Source: Paramecium tetraurelia
Taxonomy: Eukaryota
Length of the DNA stretch: 64,000 nt
Direction of reading: 5' to 3'
Assembly (NCBI GenBank): GCA_000165425.1
Contig: CT868665.1
Span: forward strand, 62,001-126,000
Positions within the stretch are counted from its first letter, which is position 1. Every line of letters begins with the position of its first letter. Made by a program: the position numbers and the translations under genes. The notes under the pieces are model-generated. The model saw only the letters and a program-made list of their open reading frames with translations, was not told the origin of the DNA and ran no database searches. Shown one piece after another: positions 43,301 through 54,584 of this stretch.

Positions 43301-46300
43301 GCTATTACTTTACAAAACAATCAATTTGATCAAAGCAACTTATTGTCTTTAAACAACAACATTACATTATCAAATTTAAAAATAGAAAATTGTGTTTTGC
43401 TAAACAGTTATTTAATATTGAATCATTTAGCTGAAAATAATCAAAAAGATATTATGTATTTGTTTAAATTCAGCAATTTTGCAATAATAAATAATAAATA
43501 TAATTTAGGTACTAAGTACATTACCATCTATCGTTATACTTCTACTACTTCGAAAATTATTTTAGATTAGCTAAAAATTAACAATAATTAAATAATTGAC
43601 ACTGAAGTGAAAAATTAAAAGAAAGAATCAAGCGCCTCAATTATATTAGAAAGTGATCAAATATCTCTTAAAAATTTTGAAATATTTAAATTAAGAGGGA
43701 TAACTGATTTTTCTATAATAAATTCTCAAAGTTTAACTATTAATGATTTATACATCACCTCTTAGATCAGCAAAGAAAAGTTGTTTTTATAGAAATCATC
43801 ATAAACCAGCGACTTAGGAATAATATTTAACATTTATTCTGTAAAATTGATGAGATTTATTGGAGTACATATAGAATCTCTGTTTCTTCATAATTACCCT
43901 ATTATTTATTATGAACAAGCGACAAAAACCTTATTAAATCAAGATGGCTAAATTGAAATTTTTAATTCAATATTTACAAATAATCTTTTATTTTAAAGTA
44001 ATTCTTAATTTAGTACTAACCTAATCGAAATTTTCTCTGGATAAAAGGTAATAATTAATGTCATTAATTCTACATTTGAAAATAATATTATCTATTTTTA
44101 AACATCAAGTATAGGCGATTAATCAGCAAATCTGTTAGATATTGATTGCTCTGAATGTTCAGTTAGTTTTAAGGAATTAAACTTTTTATCCAACGTAGCA
44201 ATTAATACAACTTCTTCAACACTCTTTATCAAGGCTACGTAAATCTCAATCAGTGAGAGTGTCTTTAATTAAAGTGGTTTTGTTAGTAAATACATAATAA
44301 GTTTCTTAAATCAAATATAAGTAGATTATGATAATAGTTTATTTTATTAAGGATCTGGAAGTGGAGTGTATTAAACTGATACTATGTATGTAAATAATTG
44401 TAAATTTTTGAATCAATATGGCTCAAAAGGGGCATCCTTCTTATTTTCCCCTTTAAACTCAGGATACTTAAGGATTGAAAGTACTATAATTGATACTTCC
44501 TAAAATTACTTCATATAAAAAATTGAGAAAGGAGGTGTAATTTTTATTAAGTTCTTCCACAGTCAAATTTTAATTGGAGATCATTAACTGCTAAGTTTCA
44601 AACATTTATTCAATTTAAGGGGGGTTAATAATGATAGAAAGTCCATAAAACAGCATTTAAATTTTAATCAATAACCCTCATAGATTGAGAATTTTTTCTC
44701 TCTAATTGGATCATTAGTTTACTTTAATTTTGAAGAATTATATGCTAATACCTCTTTACTATAACTTTAAAATTTAAAATTATCAAACACATTAGAGGGT
44801 TTTTCCAAGTATATTTAATTGTTTTATAATAATAACAATATTAATCTACAAGAAATAGAAGCATCAGAAAATTTTTTAATTTTATTGTATGAGAGATCTA
44901 TAATATTTTCTAAGTTAGGTAGAATTTCAATAATGAACCTAATAATTTCTGGACTAATTAATGAAATCATTATTTATGATTAATCTATTAAAATGTTACA
45001 AGTTAACTCCATTTTTATAACAAACTCATCAATAGCCAATAAAGGACTGATATACGTAGCTCCATTTTAAAGTAATATTTAAATATTGATTTTTAGATTC
45101 AAATTTTTCTATTGATATAAATTCTTTTTTGGTAGAAAACCTAATAACAAATACAGAAGAAATTAAAAATTCATATTAAAAGCATACAAATATAAGTAGG
45201 GAAAATATCTAAGGTATCATAAATATTATAAATATTCATGAAAATGGGAAGATAAAATTTAGGAACATAAAATTTTAGGATAATTATTGTTCTAATTGTT
45301 TAGCAGGTCTAATGAATTTTCAATTTAATACCTATAATAATTACAATTTAGATATTTATGACATCACTTTTAAATAGAACAAATGTGGATAACGAGGCTG
45401 CCTAAACATAATTTAGGATAGCATCTATTATTATCATATCGATGATGAGGATAACCAGAGATTATTAGAAGGTGAAGAAGTAAATAACGGCATAAATTAT
45501 GCTATCGCAATTTAAGATTATTATTGACTATTAAAACTAAGGGACATATGGTGTTTGCCTGCCCTTATAGAATTTAGCAGGATAGATCAATGGAGCAATA
45601 TTTGCTTAAAACACTGCTATAATATCAGGAGGTGCAGTATATTCATTTGGAAATAAATCAAATTTGCTAATAAAGAAAGCTCAAATAGTAGAAAACATTG
45701 CTGCTTTTGGAGGTGGTATGACAATTCGAAATCACTTTTCTCCAAATTTAGTTTAATATGAAACACTTTTCTTTCGAAAACTCAGCTCTTTATTTTGGAA
45801 ATGATTATGCAGAATATCCAACTCATGTTATCATTTAAATAAATAATTACAATCAATTTATATATAAATAAAATTCTATATACACAGAATAAAATAAAGT
45901 TAAAATTTACACTGCTACTTAATTGAAAAATGAATCATAACTAAAATGGATTTCATTACCAAGTGCTTAACATCTTAATTTATATGAATAGTTTGATTGG
46001 TAGAATAATGATTATATAATGATGAATTATACTTTACGATTAATACCATATGATTAAAGGAATAATAGAATAAAGAATTTAACATCAAGTAAATGTACTA
46101 TTAAAGGAAGATTACATGATTTTAAGAAATTGGAAGAAAGTGAATAAAAGGATTTTAGTAATAATTTCACAAATATAAATGAAGTTGTTTATGATAAAAC
46201 ATTGGAAGAATATAATTTTGATCATTTAATTATATATCTTGATCCAGATTTACCTGAAAATATAGTATTATAATTTGAATTTAAATGTGATTCAATTAGA

Positions 46301-48259
46301 ATACCAATTATAAATGAAGATTAATAATAAATAGATACAATAATTTAATAATCAGAAGAATATTATTTAAGATTAAATGTTAAAACATTACCTTGTTAAA
46401 TTGGAGAATTAAAAAATGATGAAGATTACTCTTGTCATCCTTGTGATTACACTTAAGATTATTATTCTGTTAATCTAAATTCAAATAAATGTAAAATTAG
46501 AGATAATATTTAAATGGAATAAGTAAAGTCAGCATAAATCAAATTAAGACCTGTAAATTATTTAATTTAATTATTATTATAGAATTTTTGGAGACCTTAT
46601 TTCTATGCAGATCTTGTTGAATATTGTTATAATTTTGAACTCAATTGTTTAGGAGGATGGAATTATGGAGATTCTTCTTGTTCTTTAGGACATATTGGAG
46701 CATTATGTGAATAATGTGATATTTATAATACAAGAGGATATGGATCATATTCAATAAGTTAAAAATATAAATGTGGATCTTGTGATGATACTGATTCAAA
46801 TACTTTAATCATTATAGCCATTTCATTATGGTATTTATGAAATTAATATAATAGGACTCTCATTTCTATTTCAATATCTGTAAAAAGCACAGTAGAAATC
46901 ATTAAACAATTAGCCAAAGCATCCAAATTAAAGTAGATTGGTATTATGATAATAGTAACAAAAAACAATGCTGTTAATTTCATCAAGATACTTACCAATT
47001 ATCTTTAAATTATTGCATCTATTAGTACTTTTTAATTATAATTACCTTAAAATATGGAATCAGCTATGAATTCTTTAGGAAATCCAGTAGAAACAATGGC
47101 ATATTCTTTAGATTGCTTTTTAAAAGATATATTTGAAGGCATTTCAATTCATTATTCAAGAACAATATGGTAATTAATTATGCCAATTGTTTATATTCTT
47201 TTATTCTTATAATTGTATGAAGTAGGAGTAATTCTTAAACAAATTGATTTTAATTGTTGTGTAATTTCAACATCATTGATTTATATGTTCATATATTTTC
47301 AACCTAATATCATTGCTGGATAAATTGGATTGTTATCTTATAGATCAATCTCAGAATATAAATGGATATTAGGTAATGTTGCTAATAGATATGATACAAA
47401 TGATCATTATAAATGGTTACTTTCATTCAGTTTTCCAGTTTTATTTACTTTTGGTGTTTTATTACCTGCATTACTATTTAATAGACTTTATAAAATTAGA
47501 AATACTTTATAAAATATGAAAAATAGATTAATTTGGGGTTATTTGTATAATGAATACAAAGAAATTGCATATTATTGGGAAATCATTAAGATAATCTAAA
47601 AAGAATTAATTATTATTGTACTTACATTTTATTAAGATTAAATTATTGTTAAAGCTGTATTAGCCTATGGAATTATCTTTATTTACAATTACTTAACATT
47701 ATAAATATTCCCATATTAATCTATGTAATTAAACATTTTAGATCATTAATCAACCAGAGTTTGTGGTTTTTCTATTGTTTTGGCTATTGGAATATATGGA
47801 TCATTATAAAGTGGCATTATCGAAGTTTAAATTCCATTTTATATTATAATGGCAATCATCAATTTTCTATTTTTGGCCAAGCTAATCTTATAAATAATTA
47901 AGGCTTATTTTTAATAGTTTGAACTTATAATTGATATCATCAGAGATCTTATTAGAACTAAAATCCCATCATTACAATAATATCCATTCTTTTAAAAATT
48001 GTTAAAAAACCAAAAATAAACGAGATTAAGAGCTTAAAAGAATTTTAGAAAAATCAAAGTCTCTGTTATATTAATGTCAAGATAAATTCTTCAAAATAAA
48101 AAAGTCAACAATAATAACAATACTTAAGAAAGAAAAGGAACATTCCTTTTTGAAACTAAATTAACATTAAATTTATTAGAAACAAAGCAAAATCAATAAC
48201 GATCTTCATTAGATGAAGATAATAAAAAAATTTAGGTAATAGGATTAAATGTTAATTGA
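40307..48259 (+). CDS. Giant surface protein B, tandem paralog of A (apparent frameshifts; possible pseudogene or sequence errors)
   Basis: MQQHLIFIFLWIRVLSQ..CHYSCQECDGSTEQDCLSC. Same domain order as A but lacking A's N-terminal ~1.3 kb. Frame breaks near 44545/44675, 45527 and 45775; TGA 48257-48259. Confidence 0.75.
45991..48144 (+). repeat. Copy 2 of near-identical C-terminal block (pairs with 38234-40031)
   Basis: Same sequence as copy 1, including both introns, plus the segment hidden by the gap in copy 1. Confidence 0.92.
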
Positions 48260-48304
48260 ATTTATAAAATAAATTTATTTGAATTTTTATCATTATATGT
48301 TAAA

Positions 48305-49171
48305 TCATTCAAAACATTTAAATCCATCATTTGGTATAAAAGGAGAAAATTAAATTCTTGCAGGTAATTTGTATTCTTTTTTAAATAGAGGTTATTAATT
48401 ATTTATTGAAATATTCTTGATACTATTTACTAAAGATTCAGCTTCGATGCTTGCCTCTAATAAACCAATAAAAGGAGGAATTATAATGTCAGACTAAAAT
48501 AATTCTGAGATTACTTGATCTTCCTTCCCTAAGATCATTTTGCTTCTCTCCGATAAGTAATTTTAGTCATCCTTTTAGTATCCATTAAATATGCGATGAT
48601 TATTAGTGATTTAAGGAGTCTTTATTTCAAGACTGGGTTATTCATTCATTTTCTTATCTTTTCTAACTGGATCAATAATTGATGGCTTTAGAATAGATTA
48701 CCCTTAATCTTTTTTGATATCAAAATAGTATTACGTAGATATTCCATTGAAAATATATTTTCAAATAGCTAAATAAATTTACTTCATACATCATGGCGTA
48801 ATTCATCAAAACCTTTCTATTCTATAAGTACCATAAAGTTAAGATGAATCTTTAAACTAGTTTCACATGTCTCAGAACACATTAATCCAACGTTAGATTC
48901 TTATTATATTAATTATTTCTATATATTTTCAAAAGTTTAATACATGGATATTTTCTACAATTTCTTTGATCGGAGTGTTTTACACATTAAAAAAACGCTC
49001 CACCTCTATTTTAGGGGGATTAGTCCCAGCATAAAAAATTGCTTTAATTTTATTTTTGCTAATTATTTCATTAATATCAGAAGGCTATTTAGGTGGCCTT
49101 AAAACAAAAAGAGAAAAGCTCTCCATAGAATGCCTCACTTTTTCTATCAGATATATCAGGTCTGAATTCAT
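48305..49171 (-). CDS. Hypothetical protein, possibly a degenerate dual-specificity phosphatase fold
   Basis: ATG 49171, two tiny introns, TGA 48305-48307; NKIKAIFYAG...ESNVGLMCSETCETS. Confidence 0.6.
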
Positions 49172-49790
49172 GATGGAATAATATATTTTATAAAATTTAT
49201 GCTTCTAAAAAGTAATAAAAACATCTTATTAATTAATAGAAATTCAAAATATCGATATTAAGGCGGTTCTATTGAGACCTAGAACTCCCGATACTAATCT
49301 TACTTGAGTGTAAGTTTGAATATGTTTGTGAAATGATCAAATAGAATTTTCAGACTGCTACCATCTCTATAATAATAACATTCTAAAATAATTAAATCAA
49401 CTTTATAGCACCTTTATTTTCAAAAAATTAAATATACTCTACTATTAGTGAATTTAAATTGAAATTCCAGCGAAACATAATGTTTAGATTTAGTAAATTT
49501 AATTATTGCCACAATATCCTTTCTTGAATAAGGTATTCTTCTAATTTTATTATTATTGTGATTTAAAAAGTCCTTAATATGATGTATAAGTTATGAAATT
49601 TCAATAATTTTGAGTCACTAAAGTATTTTTAGCAATAATTCATAAAATAAATTGATTTTGATGATTTTTTTTCCATAAATTCGTAATCCAATAATAACTC
49701 AAAAGGAGATCAATCAAAAAGATATTGATTAAAATGTTTTGGATTTACATTTATATTATAGCAATTAATGTTGAATAATGAAGTTTATTG

Positions 49791-50445
49791 ATGTAATTCA
49801 CATTGAAAGACAGTGACTATTTTAGGAGGTTTTCAAAATCTGATGTATCAGAGAAAAAATAACTAGTTGGTTTTGACTTGTAATATAACAATATCGTATG
49901 ATTAATCAATCAATGATTTATCTCTCAAATTTAATCTTCTTATCCATTTAATATGATATCAAGAAAAATTTAGCAAATTAAATTCATCTCTTACTTCATA
50001 AAATTGGAATGTTTAAATAGAGGAGCATATCGATAATTAAAATAAAATTGACTTAATATTAGAATCTTTCTAAAGTGTTACAAAGTGTAATCAAATGAAA
50101 ATTTTCTTAAATTATTTATTTAAAACTGAAATTATAGAAAGATATTACAATTAATAAAGGCAGTATTTAGTATATTATTCTCTAATTTAATAAAAAGAAT
50201 AAAATAACCTTCAATTAGGTATTGTTTGTGAAAGAAAATTATGTTAAAAATTAATTGATTATTGCTATGAAAATTAGTTAGAAAATAGTGTTATGACCAA
50301 AGAAGTACAACTTGATTACATGAAATCAATTGCATTTAGGAATAAAGAATATAATTAGAAAAATACTGCATTAATTCTTAATATTTATGTATCAAATAAT
50401 CAAATTTATGTTTAGTATATTCATATTACCTTCATACTGGATTGA
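49791..50445 (+). pseudogene. Possible hypothetical gene or pseudogene with one internal in-frame TGA
   Basis: ATG 49791, a 22-nt intron, then a frame open to TGA 50443-50445 except for TGA at 49954-49956. No recognisable domain. Confidence 0.3.
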
Positions 50446-50490
50446 AAGATGAAAATATTATATATTCTCTATGTTATATATATTTTAATA

Positions 50491-51174
50491 TCATGAATCA
50501 CTTTGACTAATCTCTAACTTTTCTTGACTAGGTTTGTTAGAGTTCAAAGATAAATATTTGGATTTGACAATATTTTTAAACTTCTTCTCCTCATACATTT
50601 TGTTTCCTATTCTTCCTCTTGCGTTTATAAACCAAATTTAAATCTAATAATTATAATGGTATACTTGTTTTTAGGTTAGATTACACTTTTCAGCTAATTG
50701 TTCGACCTATTCCTTACTAGGATAAGGATAGGAATAGTGTTTATTTAACCAATTTTTTAAAATTAAGTTAGACTTCTTAGAAAACTTTTGACTCTTTTTT
50801 TCAATAGTCTTATCATTAATTTTCATGGTTTATCTTTATTAGGATAACTTTAGTTCATTCTACAAGATTTGGGACATGTAATCAAAATACTGTTGTAATG
50901 ATTTTAATGTATGAAATTCCAATTGAGAAGGATTTTCACTTAATGATTTAAGGTACATGAGAAGACCTTAAAAATGCAGTACATTGGTGTGGGTTTAACT
51001 TTAAGAATGAGCTTCGTCAGAATGAGATTGTAATATATCCTCACTAAATGTAATAATTCAATACTTAGGACAATTATGTGAAACCCATTTAGTTAATTAT
51101 GACTCTAGGTTGGAAACTTGCTATAGAACAAATTGCTTTCTCAATTCTTAGTGAATCGACAATGATTGAGACAT
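50491..51174 (-). CDS. TALE-class homeodomain protein
   Basis: KFSKKSNLILKNWLNKHYSYPYPSKEQVEQLAEKCNLTQKQ|IQIWFINARGR; ATG 51174, two introns, TGA 50491-50493. Confidence 0.88.
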
Positions 51175-51395
51175 TGAGATTTTGTGATTAAAAATCGAGA
51201 AATTATTAATGAAAATTAGATTTAATAATTGGTGACATAAATATTCCAAAAATATAATCGTTTCTATGTTAGAATTGCAAATATACCCCTAGAGAGTTCT
51301 ACAATGCTGGAATATTTTGTTTAAATAACTAGTAAATTATAGAGTGAAAATTTATAAAGTTTTGGATATATTTATTATTAAATTTGTGTCTTAAC

Positions 51396-51761
51396 TCAAT
51401 CCCAACTACCTATGCATCTATCGGTACCAAGTTTTACAGATTAACCCTTATCGCATTCCTCCCATCCATAAATTTTGTTAGCTTTACAAGAGCTAGGATT
51501 ACAACAACCTTGAATTATACAAACTAATAAACTTACCCTTTCTTTTTCCACCACAATTAACTCCTCCTTTGGTTGTGCACAAGTTGGTACAGAATTCATA
51601 ATTGGCTTCATCTTTTGAGTATGTTTCATGAGACAGTCTTCTTAAGTTCTGCATTATTAGATAAACAATACATAATATTATTCCAAGGGTGCATATTAAT
51701 ACATAATTGTTGCTAAGGTGGCTGCCAAAGCAAGGATAACGAGTAATTTGATTTTTTACAT
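51396..51761 (-). CDS. Small secreted cysteine-rich prepropeptide (104 aa, 8 Cys)
   Basis: Removing introns 51649-51671 and 51509-51536 gives MQKIKLLVILALAATLATIMYQYAPLEQYYNLRRLSHETYSKDEANYEFCTNLCTTKGGVNCGGKRKGCCNPSSCKANKIYGWEECDKGQSVKLGTDRCIGSWD. Confidence 0.8.
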
Positions 51762-51914
51762 TTTTAATTAATGAATATATCTTGTAACAAATATTGGTTG
51801 GAAAATTGCTTTTAAATAATTATTTTTAGTATATATATAATTTCATAATAATGAAATATACATGTATTTTGTGATTATTTAATAATAATTCACTTAATCG
51901 TTATATTATTTTGA

Positions 51915-53851
51915 ATGCTAAATTCTTCATTTAATTTTTTTGAAGAGAATGACATAGGCAAATTGAGAAAATACGTACCATCTTAATATTTAATTCCAAG
52001 TTTATAACTAAAGAAAATGAGTGGAAAAAGGATAAGGCAGTTTTGGAATAAAAAACCTAATTACTTGAACTACAATTAGAAGACTATAAATTGAGAGAAA
52101 CCAACCAAAGAAAACTAAATGACACTATCACTTAAGCCATCAATGACTCAACAGCAAATTAGAAAGTATTTGATTGTTTTTTAAATTTAGAAATCGATTG
52201 CAGAATTATAAAAGAGCATCGATATTTAACAGAAAGACCATAGTAAGACTAAATTTAAGGAGTAAATCAAACAGTTTGAACTTTAAGTAATGCTCCTGTT
52301 AAATTTAAGGTTAGATCATTATAAGAATAACTATTAGAAAAGGAATCCTAAGCAAAGGAGTTAGAATTACAATACTAAAAGCAATATTTACTTTATGATC
52401 ATAGAATTTCTTAGCTTGAACAAGAAAAACTTACAAATAACTAAGAAAACCAAAGATTAAGAGAACAATTAGCCAAATAGGAAGATGTTTATAAATAAAA
52501 AGAATAATAATAAAAATTGTTAAATGAACAAGAACTACAAAAAGTAAAGGAACTTAGCATGCAAGATCACAAATCAAAGTAGTAGGATTATGAATCCAAA
52601 TTTGTATAATTATCCACCTTACATGAAAAGGAGAAGGAGCAACTCTAATTAAGAATCAGTAAATGCTAGAATACAATTGCAAAATATCAGTAACACATTG
52701 AATAAAATATCGATATCATTAATCTTAAAAAATAGTATGAGGATTAAATTAAATAGATAAACAATAACAATACAGAAATCTAGGCACAATTCTAATATGA
52801 AAAACAAATTTTATTAAAATAAATTGAAGAATTAAAAAGACTAAACCGAGATGGCAATTTACAGGAAAGTATGTGTTGTCATGAAAGTACTTCTAAAAAG
52901 AGGAGTATCGATGCTGTTAAAATAAAGAGCTCAGTCTAATCATATGATAGTCCTGTTTAATGTAAAAGTTTTCACATCGCATGCCCTGAAAGTAAAGTCT
53001 AAATTTATAATAACTATTTGAAGAATTCTTCGACCTAATCTATCATTTTAGCTTAAAAATAGTAAATTTAATAGCAATCACAAGTAAACAATCAATCTTT
53101 TGATAAATCTTCTAATTTAAATGATGGAATCCCTATTTCTATGGATTAATTCAATTTAATGAAGGATAAAAAATAAAAGTCTTCATCAACTTTATCTATT
53201 CCAACCAGTAATAACTACAATCTTAATTCCTACTTATAGGAATAAAGCATATTTTAATAGAATCAGGAATCATTTTAATTAGACTCAAAAAGCAATCTGA
53301 AAGATGATACATACAAACCTAAAATTATAAAATAAATAAATCCAAATATCTCTAATCGATAAATTTAATTTGATTACAATAGATCAATTAAACATTAATT
53401 GTAAAAACACAAAGAATTAAATTATTAAAGATCTATGTCCTAAGAAGGAGTTAAATAGTAGATGTCAAATCTAAGTAAAATATTAGGTTAAACCGAAGTA
53501 AGTTATTAATAAAGTACATCTACTTAGCAGATAACAAATAATACTTCACTCAATAGTTTTAAAGTTCCTGCCTTCTCTCAAAATTAATTGAATTGTTTAA
53601 AGAATAGTTAATAATACATGTATCCTTGTACAACATTAAGAATGAAAGAGAGCCATGTACACAAGTTCAGAAACAATAACAACCATAGTACTCATGAAGA
53701 GACAAAGTTTAATAAAGAAAATTATTAACCAATTAAAAAAAATTCAAAAAATGACATCAAAGTTATCATAGGCAGATTGTTGTAAAATAAAGGGAGGTAA
53801 AGTGAGCATCAAGAAAATACAGGATACATCATAAGAAATGATAGGATTTGA
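51915..53851 (+). CDS. Coiled-coil protein with low-complexity C-terminus
   Basis: MLNSSFNFFEENDIGKLRKY|FITKENEWKKDKAVLEQK...; long E/K/Q heptad-rich frame; TGA 53849-53851. Confidence 0.7.
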
Positions 53852-54080
53852 ACGATTTTTTTTACTTTATAGCTAATACAACCATAATTTATGTAAAATT
53901 GCATATCCATGAATTCTATTTATTATTCAATTATTTTCCTATAGACAAAATTATTTATAGTTGATCATATCTTGCAATCACTTAATTTTAACTCAAGAAA
54001 TAAGTCTAGATCATTGATAATCTAATTTAATTATTTTTTACAATTAATATTTAGTCATAAATAAATTATTAAATAAAAAA

Positions 54081-54566
54081 ATGTTAAAGAGTGTGATCAA
54101 AACCTTTAGGTTTTCTTTATTCAATACTAAAATCCAATAAGTTTAAAAACATAAATATGGCCCATTATAGGAAAAAGATTTTAAATTGTTGAATATTCGC
54201 TAAACTACATCCTTAAGGGAAATTTACTATTCATATATGAAACATATGAAATTATATGAAATTTAGCAATTAGAAGAAAAAATGGAATTAATTAAGAGAG
54301 CTTATTTAAGGATTTTGTCGAAACGATTAAATAATATAGATGAATTAACAGAAGAAGAATCAAAGGATTTAAGATTCTTAATGGACAATAATTTTGGTTT
54401 CCCCTTTGTTGAAGGATTAAGAAGATCAGAGATGATTGTAGAATTTTAGGAGGAAATAGAAGCCAAGAAGCTTTACCATTATCCCCGTATAACAATAGCT
54501 TTGCTTTGGCTAATATTGGGCATTCCTAGTTTCTATTTTAGTGACAATTATGTATATGAAAAATGA
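54081..54566 (+). CDS. 161-aa protein with mitochondrial-presequence-like N-terminus, J-like helices without HPD, and a C-terminal TM segment
   Basis: 486-nt intronless ORF: MLKSVIKTFRFS..FKLLNIRQTTSLREIYYSY..MELIKRAYLRIL..ITIALLWLILGIPSFYF. Confidence 0.65.
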
Positions 54567-54584
54567 GTAAAAATAATTAATAAA

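Noticed and set aside
49310..49360. TTCAGACT resembling the RNase P CR-V/P4 element, and a telomerase RNA possibility
   Set aside because: The pairing partner is only about 30 nt away, too short for RNase P, and there is no CAACCC template.
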